A stretch of DNA of 64,000 bases from assembly GCA_963663165.1 (NCBI GenBank), contig OY760175.1, positions 2,208,001 through 2,272,000 of the forward strand, read 5' to 3'. The notes under the pieces are model-generated. The model was not told the DNA's origin and searched no databases. It was given only the letters and a program-made list of their open reading frames with translations. Within the stretch, counting starts at the first letter, position 1; each line of letters opens with the position of its first letter. The position numbers were made by a program, and so were the translations under genes. Origin of the DNA: an uncultured Desulfospira sp. GTDB lineage: Bacteria; Desulfobacterota; Desulfobacteria; Desulfobacterales; Desulfobacteraceae. This document shows positions 50,210 through 59,600 of the stretch, piece by piece.

Positions 50210-52399
50210 TTAAAGTGCCCATTTCACGCTCACGCCGACATTGACGCCCATGGCCGGATACCCCCATGATTCCTCATAATCGGAATCGGTCAGGTTGTCC
50301 CCGTACAGTTCAATGGTGGTGTGTTTGTCCAGCTGGTAGCGAAGGCTTGCCCCGAGCAGCCAGTATTCGTCCAGGGTACCCTTGGTGGTCTGGGCCGTGC
50401 TGATGGTGTAGTCCCGGTCCCCGATATAGTTAAGGGTAACATCCAGCACCAGGTTGTTTAAGATATCCCAGGACAAGCCTGCGGTGGCTTTGAGGTTGGG
50501 GATATAATCAATTTTTTCCAGCACACCGTCGGGGTCTGACGGGTCGTTGGTTTTTTCAGTCTCCTGATAAGTGGCGGAAATCTGCCCCCGGGTGGTCGAA
50601 GAAAAGGGGCAGCCGGCCGCTGCGGTCAGGCCGTATATGACGGCATCGGTGTTCAGGGTGGCCCAGGTGGAGCCCGAGGCCGTGTTCACATATACCGACT
50701 TTTGAATGATATAGTCTTTAATGTCATAGTAGTACGCGGCCAGCTTGATGAAACCGGAATTTTGAAACCGATATTGATAGGCCAGGTCAAACCCGACTTC
50801 CGATTCCGGCTTCAGGTCCACCCCGGAAAGGTAGGGCACCGTGAGTTTTCCCTGGGCTCCCCAGTAGGCTTCCGGCATGGTCGGGGTCCGGTAGTTCATG
50901 TAGGCGGCCAGGGTAATGGTCTGGGATTCATCAATGGCGTAGGTAACCGTGGCCTTGGGGGACAGCTGGCTGTTTTCCTGTTCTTCGGAGCCTTCGGGTT
51001 CATAGGCGTAACTGTCGTACCTGAGGCCGAAATCCAGGACCAGCCGGTCTGTCACAGCATATTTATCCCCTAAAAAGATGCCGGTGATATAGGCATCAGG
51101 ACCGTCTGACGAGTCAGCCATAGCCCCGGTCCACCCGTTAGGCCCGGCACAGTTATAGTTGGTGTCCACATAATTGACCTCCGTACCGCCGGAATCCATG
51201 ACCTTGTATTCAACCCCGGCCAGGACGGCGTGAGAATCAAAATCCCAGCCCAGTTTGAACTTGCCCCCCCAGCTGTTGTCCACGGTGATCTCCCGCTCAA
51301 ATACCAGATCGCCGTCCCGGGTCTGGGCCGCCCCGTCGTTGAAAGTGTCCATGGGCGATTTTTCGGCCAGGGTGCGGGCCGCCACATCGGCGTAATTTCG
51401 CTCAACACGGGTCTCATGGTTTTTAAACAGAACAAGATCAATATAGCCGTCTTTGCCGATATTCTGGTGATAATTCAGATCCAGCAGATGCCGCTTCTTT
51501 TCCCAGTAGGCCCCGTCTCCGATGATGTTCATGGAGGGGGTGGGGGCACCGCCGGCAAAATACTCGCCGGAGTTTACCGGATAGTCGCTGTCAATGGCCG
51601 TATCAAACCCGGGAAGGGTCGGGTCAGTGTCTGTGGCAGAGACCCCGTCGTCCCGGTTGGAGCGGATCAGGCCCCGTTCGGTGTCACTGTAGTTATAGCC
51701 TAAGGTCAGTTTTCCGTCCCCGGGCAGGTCCACGTACAGTTTGGGATAAATATGGGTAGAATCATAGTCATTGTTGCGCAGGTAGGCATCGGCCTGCTGG
51801 TGGCTGCCGCCGACGCTCACGCCAATGCCTTTCCATTTCTGGGCGTATGCGGCCCGGATGTTGTGAAAATCATGGACCCCTTCCCAGCCGCCGGTGGTGG
51901 CGTAAAAATTAAAACTCGGATCTTCGGTGGGGGCCTTGGTATAGGCGTTGATCACCCCGCCCAAGGCATTGTTGCCGTATTCGATGGAACTGCCGCCCTT
52001 GATGATCTCAAGGCGCTCGATATTGTCCAGGGGGATGGTACTGAAATCGATATAGTTTCCCCCGGCAATGCCCGTGGAACTGATGTTCCGCCCGTCAAGG
52101 TTGAGCATGATCCGCTTGCTTTCAAATCCCCGGATGGAGATCACATCCCCGCTGTCCCCCATGCTGGATTTGCGTTTAAAGGATATTTCCGTATCGTTGA
52201 ACAGATAATCGGCAATGTTGTTGCTCCGGCTTTTTTCCTGAACCCGAAGGCTTGACGTGTTCAGGTTTTCTTCCTCGGCCTCTCCGGTTACGGTCACCGG
52301 TTCAAGGTAGATCACATCGGTCATCAAATTTTCCTCTGCACCCAAACAATCCGTACTTAAGATGAAAATCAACATAACCGCTCCAATACAACGCCGCAT
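50210..52399 (-). CDS. TonB-dependent outer-membrane receptor
   Basis: LEPVTVTG TonB-box region, ISIRG, IERLEIIKG.SS..YG..ALGGVIN, NL.D..Y; ATG 52399 with RBS AGGAGG. Confidence 0.93.
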   Translation of the reverse strand: MRRCIGAVMLIFILSTDCLGAEENLMTDVIYLEPVTVTGEAEEENLNTSSLRVQEKSRSNNIADYLFNDTEISFKRKSSMGDSGDVISIRGFESKRIMLNLDGRNISSTGIAGGNYIDFSTIPLDNIERLEIIKGGSSIEYGNNALGGVINAYTKAPTEDPSFNFYATTGGWEGVHDFHNIRAAYAQKWKGIGVSVGGSHQQADAYLRNNDYDSTHIYPKLYVDLPGDGKLTLGYNYSDTERGLIRSNRDDGVSATDTDPTLPGFDTAIDSDYPVNSGEYFAGGAPTPSMNIIGDGAYWEKKRHLLDLNYHQNIGKDGYIDLVLFKNHETRVERNYADVAARTLAEKSPMDTFNDGAAQTRDGDLVFEREITVDNSWGGKFKLGWDFDSHAVLAGVEYKVMDSGGTEVNYVDTNYNCAGPNGWTGAMADSSDGPDAYITGIFLGDKYAVTDRLVLDFGLRYDSYAYEPEGSEEQENSQLSPKATVTYAIDESQTITLAAYMNYRTPTMPEAYWGAQGKLTVPYLSGVDLKPESEVGFDLAYQYRFQNSGFIKLAAYYYDIKDYIIQKSVYVNTASGSTWATLNTDAVIYGLTAAAGCPFSSTTRGQISATYQETEKTNDPSDPDGVLEKIDYIPNLKATAGLSWDILNNLVLDVTLNYIGDRDYTISTAQTTKGTLDEYWLLGASLRYQLDKHTTIELYGDNLTDSDYEESWGYPAMGVNVGVSVKWAL

Positions 52400-52442
52400 T
52401 TCTCTCCTCCTCATAATAAATTATAAATGAATTTGCCCCGGA

Positions 52443-53555
52443 TTAGGGCCCAAGGGTGATGGCCGTAAAGCCCCCATAAAGTTCGGCCATTTTTTTATAA
52501 AGGGGGCAGCCCAGCATAAAGGTGTAAATCTCGTCGGCTTTGCGCTCAGGGTCTATCTGCTTAAAGGCTTTGGGGTAGAGCAGCTTGCCCATGAAATAGA
52601 GATCAACGATGGCCGTTTCAATGTTCCGGTAATAGGCCACATCCGGCAGCTGGACATATACCTTCTTATTTTTTACCGATGAAAGGGCCTCATAGAATGA
52701 GGGATTTTTCGCATAATCCTGTTTCACCACCCCTAAGCCGCCGGCATCAATGACAATGATATCCGGGTCCCATTGAATCAGCTTTTCTTTATCGATCATG
52801 ACCGGACCGGCTGTGGAGAGCTCGTCTGCCACGTTTTTCGCCCCAATGGCCTCAAGGAAACCCGACCGGCAGGTCGTGCTTTCAATGCCGTGCCGCCCTT
52901 TATAACTCAAGGCGCCAAGATAGAGCTTCGGTTTCTCTTCTTCGGGAATATTGGCGGTCAGTTCAGCCAGTTCAGCCTTACAGCCTTCCATAAACCTGAC
53001 CACATCACTGGCCCGGTCCTCTTTGCCGGTGACCTTTCCAATGATCCGGATGGCCCGGTAAATGGCCTCATCAAAGCCCTGGGCACTGCCCTGGCTGACA
53101 ATAACCACCGGGACACCGGTTCTTTGCTCCAGCTGTTCCAGGCTTTTAAGGTCCATGATATCGCCGGCAATAATCACATCCGGGTTAACCTGCATAACCA
53201 GTTCCGGGTCCGGATCATCGGGATGGCCTTCCCCGATGACGGGCAGGGTTTCCAGAGACGGATTGGCCATAATATAAGGCCGGCCCGTGGCCACGCGCTG
53301 CTGTTTTCTTTCAACCCCCGCCAGCCGGTCTGTACCGGCCACATAGGTATAAAGGCGCAGGGCCGAACCAATGGCAATGACCCGGTTAATTTCCCCTTTG
53401 AGGGTGATGGGCCGGCCGGCCATATCGGCAAACGCAACCGTATCAGACATATTCATGGCCTTGTCCTGGGATGCCGCGCCCGCGAAGCCGGTGCTTCCCC
53501 AAAACATCATCAATGCCAATACCGGCAGGATGACGGCCCTTTTCAGATGGCTCAT
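52443..53555 (-). CDS. Metal-chelate (FecB/BtuF-type) periplasmic binding protein
   Basis: Signal peptide, D.AGR.I, E.V...NPDVII, EKLI.WDPDII, VKNKKVY. Confidence 0.88.
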   Translation of the reverse strand: MSHLKRAVILPVLALMMFWGSTGFAGAASQDKAMNMSDTVAFADMAGRPITLKGEINRVIAIGSALRLYTYVAGTDRLAGVERKQQRVATGRPYIMANPSLETLPVIGEGHPDDPDPELVMQVNPDVIIAGDIMDLKSLEQLEQRTGVPVVIVSQGSAQGFDEAIYRAIRIIGKVTGKEDRASDVVRFMEGCKAELAELTANIPEEEKPKLYLGALSYKGRHGIESTTCRSGFLEAIGAKNVADELSTAGPVMIDKEKLIQWDPDIIVIDAGGLGVVKQDYAKNPSFYEALSSVKNKKVYVQLPDVAYYRNIETAIVDLYFMGKLLYPKAFKQIDPERKADEIYTFMLGCPLYKKMAELYGGFTAITLGP

Positions 53556-53573
53556 TTATAGACTCCTTTTTTT

Positions 53574-53666
53574 TATATGAAAGTCTCACTAACATCTTGA
53601 GAGGACTTTCATTATTTGTTGTGGGCGGTTCTTGGTTGGATAACCAAGGCGGCCCGTGGCCGTTAT
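53574..53666 (+). repeat. Repeat family B, copy 6
   Basis: Full-length copy between the ATPase and binding-protein genes. Confidence 0.85.
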
Positions 53667-53690
53667 ATGGTTCTTTCCGGGTTTACACGG

Positions 53691-54443
53691 TTACCGGGGT
53701 ATGATGACCGGCATACCGCGAAAGTGATGGACATCAACATCCAGTCCGTAAACCTCAAGGATGTTCTCCGTGGTGATGATTTCCCTGCCCCCGGCCGCAA
53801 AAATCCCCCCGTCCTTCATGAAGATAAATTTAGTGGCAAAGCGTAAGGCAAGGTTGATATCATGCATGGTGACCACAACGGATATCTGCTGCCGGCGGAT
53901 GATCCCATTGATAATCCGGGCCGTGTCCATCTGATTTTTCATGTCAAGGTTGCTGGTGGGCTCATCCATTAAAAGCACCCGGGGCTGCTGGGAAAGGGCC
54001 CTGGCAATGACCACCTTTTGAAGCTCACCGCCGGAAAGTTCATCCAGATAGCGCATGGCATAGGGGCTCAGCCCCATGGTCCTTAACACCTCATCCACAA
54101 TTTTAAGATCCCGGCTGCCGGCGTCCCATTTAAAATACGGTTTTCTGCCCAGGAGCACCGCGTTGAAAACCGTGCAGTGGGTGGCCTGCTGATGCTGGGC
54201 AATGTATCCGATTCTTTGGGCAAGCTGAATGCCCGGTATCCGGTTGGAATCCTGTCCCTCAATCAGGATGGTGCCCTTTTGGGGCTTAAGGATACGGTCC
54301 AGGCATTTGAGCAGTGTGGACTTGCCGGTGCCGTTCTTGCCCAGAATGCTGATGCAGTCGCCCTGGCCGACGGAAAAGCAGATGTCGTTTAAGACATCCC
54401 GGCCGGGATAGGAAAATGTCAGGCCCTCAACCGTGAGAATCAT
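53691..54443 (-). CDS. Metal-chelate ABC transporter ATPase (FecE/BtuD type)
   Basis: GKNGTGKST, LSGGELQKV.IARAL, DEPT, HD.NLA. Confidence 0.93.
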   Translation of the reverse strand: MILTVEGLTFSYPGRDVLNDICFSVGQGDCISILGKNGTGKSTLLKCLDRILKPQKGTILIEGQDSNRIPGIQLAQRIGYIAQHQQATHCTVFNAVLLGRKPYFKWDAGSRDLKIVDEVLRTMGLSPYAMRYLDELSGGELQKVVIARALSQQPRVLLMDEPTSNLDMKNQMDTARIINGIIRRQQISVVVTMHDINLALRFATKFIFMKDGGIFAAGGREIITTENILEVYGLDVDVHHFRGMPVIIPR

Positions 54444-55531
54444 CTTGATGCCCCGCCGCCTTTCATTAACAGGTACAGGAACATGGGACCGCCCAGGAAT
54501 GCCGTAACCGCCCCGACCGGGAGGGTCTGGGGGCTTAAGAGGACCCGGGCCAGGGTATCGGATACCAAAAGAATCAATATGCCGACAATGGCCGAGGCTG
54601 TAATTAGAAACCGTTTATCGTTGCCGATAATCCGTTTGGTAATCTGGGGGGCCACCAGGCCCACAAAGGCGATCATGCCCAAAAATGAGACGCAGACCGC
54701 TGCAATCAGGGCGGATGCAAACATCCCGCCCAGCCTCACCCGCTCAATGTTTACCCCCAGGCTTCTGGCATTGTCCTCTCCGCTGTCAATGGCGTTGTAT
54801 TCCCACTTGTGCCAGATAAAATAGATAAAGGAGAGCAGGACCACCGCCGTCATGATCCAGATCTCGTGCCAGGATGCCCGGCCAAGGTCCCCGAAAGTCC
54901 AGAAGACAACGGCCGCCACACTGGTGGTATCTTCGGCAAAGTATTGAATGATCATGGTGCCGGCACCAAATAGCGAGCTGATGGCCACACCGGCAAGGAT
55001 AATGCTTTCCGGTGAAAACCTGCGCAGCATGGACAGGCTCAGGATAATGCCGGTGGCTGTTAAGGCGAACCCTAAGGCCATTATCGTTACCATGTACGGG
55101 TTGGATATGGTGACCTGGCCGATACCGGTGCTTAACACGCTGCCCGCCCCCAGCAGAATAATGGCCACATTCGCCCCGAATGCGGCCGCATTTGAGATCC
55201 CAAGGGTAGACGGCGAAGCAAGAGGATTGCGAAGGGTGTTTTGCATGATGCAGCCGGATATGGCAAGCCCTGCCCCGGCAACGATTCCCGCCGCGACCCG
55301 GGGCAGGCGGATGTTCCGGATCAGCATGACGGCCTTTGCATCCCCCAAGCCCAAAAGGGCTTTTAAAATCTTTGGGATGCCGATATTCACGGCCCCTGCA
55401 TTGATGGCAACAAAAAACATCACCGCCGCCAGGGCAAGAAGCAATACCATCAGCCGCCTCTTTTTACGCAACGCGCCATGGTAAGATTCAATTGTCGATT
55501 CAAACAGTACCGGGTTTTCAGCCATGTCCAT
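54440..55531 (-). CDS. FecCD/BtuC-family ABC permease
   Basis: IRLPR, Q..LRNPLASP.TLG, A.SLG, G.I.FVGLVAP, PVGAVTA..G.P.F. Confidence 0.93.
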   Translation of the reverse strand: MDMAENPVLFESTIESYHGALRKKRRLMVLLLALAAVMFFVAINAGAVNIGIPKILKALLGLGDAKAVMLIRNIRLPRVAAGIVAGAGLAISGCIMQNTLRNPLASPSTLGISNAAAFGANVAIILLGAGSVLSTGIGQVTISNPYMVTIMALGFALTATGIILSLSMLRRFSPESIILAGVAISSLFGAGTMIIQYFAEDTTSVAAVVFWTFGDLGRASWHEIWIMTAVVLLSFIYFIWHKWEYNAIDSGEDNARSLGVNIERVRLGGMFASALIAAVCVSFLGMIAFVGLVAPQITKRIIGNDKRFLITASAIVGILILLVSDTLARVLLSPQTLPVGAVTAFLGGPMFLYLLMKGGGASR

Positions 55532-55593
55532 TTTCCAGCGCAGCAGGTTTCCTCATTAAGCGGTCAGCATTTTTGCCCACAACAGCCATCCAT

Positions 55594-55766
55594 AAAAAAA
55601 GCCACGAAGTATGCCGGGCAATCTGAACGATTGCCCGTGGCAGCCTTCGTGGCTTAATTTTTTTTAGCAGCTGTGCCCTTTCGGGCACCATAACACTTGC
55701 AGGTGGTGGCGGTTTCAGGCAGACCGCCTGAAAGCTTTGATCCCGAAAAGCCCTCAGTTGAACTGC
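55594..55766 (-). promoter_or_regulatory. Structured 5' leader with intrinsic terminator (candidate riboswitch/attenuator)
   Basis: Multi-hairpin domain 55667-55766, then terminator AAGCCACGAAG..CTTCGTGGCTTTTTTT (55594-55655); TTGACA at 55854-55859. Confidence 0.7.
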
Positions 55767-55979
55767 CCGAACACCTTCAATCTTTCATCAGGAATAGCGC
55801 GAACTTTCATATCCGCATTGTGAGATATGCGTATAGTAAAATGAGATTGTTGTTGTCAACACTTTTTTGTTGTCATAGACACTTTATAGGCAGAACGCAA
55901 TTGGGGAAACCGCCACTTAATGCTGCGGGATATATTCTTTCCAGGGCCGAAAGTTAAGGTAACTTATGAAATTTGCAGG

Positions 55980-56486
55980 CTAAGGTTCCAGCGAGAATAC
56001 CTTTTCCCCGAGGTTTTCAAGCAGCTGTACCAGATTTCTTTTCAGCTCCAGAACCGTCTCTTCCTCGATCCCTTTAAGAGCGTCTTTCAACACCTGGCTG
56101 CTGATCTGGCACAGGGGATTTTGTAACGCACGGCCTTCTTTGGTCAGAAAGCAACGGGCGAGCCGGCCGTCATTGGCATCGGCTTTTTTGGCCACCAGCG
56201 CCTTTTGTTCAAGGCTTCGAATGATACGGCTTGTATTGTGGCGGTCTTTGAACACCCGCCGTCCCAGATCGCTTTGGTAAATACCGTCCTCATCCCAAAG
56301 CTGGCTGAGGACCATGTACTGTTCTGTGGAAATCTCATAACCGGAAGCGATAATCGCCTGGGAGAAATGTTTCCTTAAGCTCAGGGCTGCCACATTGATC
56401 AGAAAACCGGTACTGATGTCTTCAAGCTTAACGGTTTGCAATGGGTTATGGACAGAACCGGCCGGGTATGTTTTACGGATCATCAT
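55980..56486 (-). CDS. MarR-family regulator
   Basis: EQY.VL..LW..DG..Q..L, SRII..LE.K.LV, D.R....LT..G. Confidence 0.9.
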   Translation of the reverse strand: MMIRKTYPAGSVHNPLQTVKLEDISTGFLINVAALSLRKHFSQAIIASGYEISTEQYMVLSQLWDEDGIYQSDLGRRVFKDRHNTSRIIRSLEQKALVAKKADANDGRLARCFLTKEGRALQNPLCQISSQVLKDALKGIEEETVLELKRNLVQLLENLGEKVFSLEP

Positions 56487-56690
56487 TTACCTTTTGCTGT
56501 GATGTTGACAAGTTAACGCAGCGAATCGTTGGGCCATCTTTCGCCCAGACACGGGTTTTCGTTCAGACGCCGGATAGATATAACAACAAACATGAATTGG
56601 ACTTATCATTCATTTGTGGAATAATGCAATGGTTAATTTCACCTGAGAGATGCAAGAAAACCAGATGACAAACTTATAACTGCATAAACG

Positions 56691-59600
56691 TCATGAGATA
56701 TCCGGGGCAAGCCTGTCGATCTGCTGCTGTGCCAGATCAAAATCATAATCCTCAAGAGCGCTGTTGGCCTTATCCAATATCTGTGTATAGGGTTCCATCC
56801 CGGGCATTTTCTGCAACTCCTGGATCACCCGCAACGCCGCGATATCTGATTCATCAATCATCTGCCGCAGCTTTTGGATGGCGTCAACGGTCTGCTCCGG
56901 CAGGGATGAATCCGGCGGGGCATCGACAGGGGCTTGCGCAGAGGGCGGCACAACGGCAAAAGAGGCCAACCCGGCCATCACCCGGGAAAGCTCCTGGGCA
57001 AGGGCTTGAAACAATGAGGCAATCTGCTCTTCCGGCTGGTTTTTCCGGCAGGCCGATTCAAGGATCTTGGCCTTTTCCATTACCCCGTGAGCCCCGATAT
57101 GGGCCGCCACGGTTTTAAGGGTGTGGGCGCACCTGGTCGGCGAGTTCTCGTCGCCGTCCTTAAGGGATGCCTTGAAGTCTTTTTCAAAGTCAGTGTACCC
57201 GGCATAAAATTTTTGCAATAACTTCAGATAAAGTTCACGGTTGCCTTGAATCGTCTTCAGGCCGGCTGCGGTGTCAATTCCGGGAATATCGGGCAACTTT
57301 TCCGGCACCTTTGGGGACACCGGAGACCCCACCGGGATCACCGGCTTGATCCATTTGTCCATGGCCAGGAAAAGTTCCTGGATCCGGATAGGCTTGCCGA
57401 TGTGGTCATTCATACCAGCTTCAAGGGATTTTTCCCGGTCGCCGGCCATGACGTTGGCGGTCATGGCAATGATCGGAAGATCCTTGAAGCGCGGGTCTTC
57501 CCGAAGCCTTCGGGTGGCGGTGTAGCCATCCATTACCGGCATCTGGCAGTCCATGAGCACGCCGTCAAAGGATTCTTTATCCAGCATCTCTATGGCCACC
57601 TGGCCGTTTCCGGCAATGCGGTAGTCAATGCCGTGACTGGCCAGCAAGTCTGCCGCGACATCCTGATTGATGACGTTGTCTTCCACGATCAGTACTTTGG
57701 CTGTTTTCAGCCTGGATGTTGTCTGATCCAGCTCGTCCCGCCGCAGCATCAGGCGGCTCTCGGTGCGAATCTTTCCCTCTTTGACCAGCATGATGGCGTC
57801 AAACAGGGTCGACGGCATGATCGGCTTGCTTAAAATATCTTTGATAAGGGCCACATCCTTGGCTTTATGCAACAGATTGGTATCGCTGTAGGCCGACACC
57901 AGAATCACCTTGGGCGCATGGACACGGTCTGAATTGGCCTGCATGGCCCGCGCCATATCTATGCCGGTGGTGTGGGGAAAGGCCCAGTCCAGGATCGCCA
58001 GATCATACGGCCGGTTTTTGTCCTGGTTTTCCAGAAGCTTAAAACCGGATTCCGGAGAATCCGCCAGGTCCACTGTAAAACCGAATCCTGACAGCATTTC
58101 AGAAAAAATAGACCGTGCCGTGGCATTGTCGTCCACCACCAGGAGGTGAAAGGGATCGGCCGCCATCCTTTGGCTGTCCGGAAGGCCGGCCTGAGGCTGT
58201 TTGGTGAATTGGGCGGTAAAATAAAATATGCTGCCCGTCCCCGGATGGCTTTCCACCCAGATCCTGCCGTCCATCATCTCGGTCAGTCGTTTTGAAATGG
58301 CCAGGCCCAGCCCGGCCCCGCCGTATTTCCGGGTGATGGAGGTATCGGCCTGGCTGAAATGCAAAAACAGTTTTTCCTGCTGCTTGGGGCTCATGCCGAT
58401 GCCGGTATCCCGTATGGCAAACTGGAAGGCAATCGTATTCTCACTTTCTTCCAAAACCCGAACGGAAATAACGACCTCGCCCTCGGGCGTGAATTTCACT
58501 GCATTGTTCCCCAGGTTGAGCAGCACCTGCCCCAGCCTGAGCGGGTCGCCCACCAGGGCCGTGGGCAGGCTGCAAGGCAGGTCGAACATCAGCTCAAGGC
58601 CGGCTTCCTGGGCTTTGAGCCCCACCACATTGGCCATGTGGTCGAATACATCCTCAAGAAAAAAGTTAATATGCTCCATGTCAAGTTTGCCGGCTTCAAT
58701 TTTGGAAAAATCCAGGATATCGTTGAGCAGGCCCAACAGATAGTCAGCCGAGCGGTGTACCTTTCCGATATAGCCGCGTTGTTTTTCGGTAAGATCCCCT
58801 TGCAGGGCCAGATAAGACAAGCCGATGATGGCGTTCATGGGGGTACGGATTTCATGGGACATATTGGCCAGGAAATCGGATTTGGCCCGGGTCGCCTCTT
58901 CGGCCGCCTCCTTGGCCTGGGCCAGGTCCTTCTGGGCTTCTTTCCTTCGGGTGATGTCTTCCACAATGCCTTCAACAGAAACCAGCCCGCCGGTTGAGTC
59001 CAGAACGGCATGTTCGGAGATAAGCGCCATTCGCCGGCTGCCGTCCGCATGAATAAACGAGACCTCGACTTCGTGGGAGGACTTTTCATTTTCCAGGAAA
59101 GACCGGAAGGCCTCTACGGCCCGTTCGCTCTCGCCGGGCAGCCAGTTGATAACGTCCTGCCATTTTTTTCCCAGGGCATCCTCTTTGTTCATACCGAACA
59201 CGGAGCTTGCCCCCTCACTCATAAACAGGATCTCTCCGTCTTTGGTGTGGCTGAAGACCACAAACCGCCCGCCCAGTTCCTCAACCAGCCGCTGGTATCT
59301 GGCCTGGCTTTCCCGTATCTGGTTTTCCATTGCCTTGCGGTGGGTGATATCAATCACCCAGCCGAGAATGGCCTGGCTGCCTTCATAATTATAGTGATGG
59401 GCAAATATTAAAACATCGATAACCTTTCCGTCCCGGCCCCGGAACTGGGTTTCAAAATTTAATGCCATCCCCTCTTTGTCCAGCACTTTAACCAGCCGGT
59501 CGCGGCTTTCAGGGTCCACATAGGTGTCAAAACTCTTCCGGCCGGGTTCAAAGCCCATCTGGATCATGCTCGGGTTACTGAATTTAACCGTGCCGTCAAC

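Noticed and set aside
52773..53561. Long antisense ORFs (this one, also 14622-15326, 37424-38092, 42999-43613, 58359-58997)
   Set aside because: Shadow frames opposite well-supported genes in GC-rich coding sequence; no motifs.
55654..55810. Selenocysteine or leader-peptide reading of the uptake-operon leader (in-frame TGA codons, a CKC motif)
   Set aside because: No convincing RBS or SECIS; short frames are expected by chance.
55594..55830. Canonical cobalamin riboswitch
   Set aside because: Expected from the Btu-like genes, but the AGGGAA, GCCACTG and AGxCAGxAxACC B12-box elements are not present.
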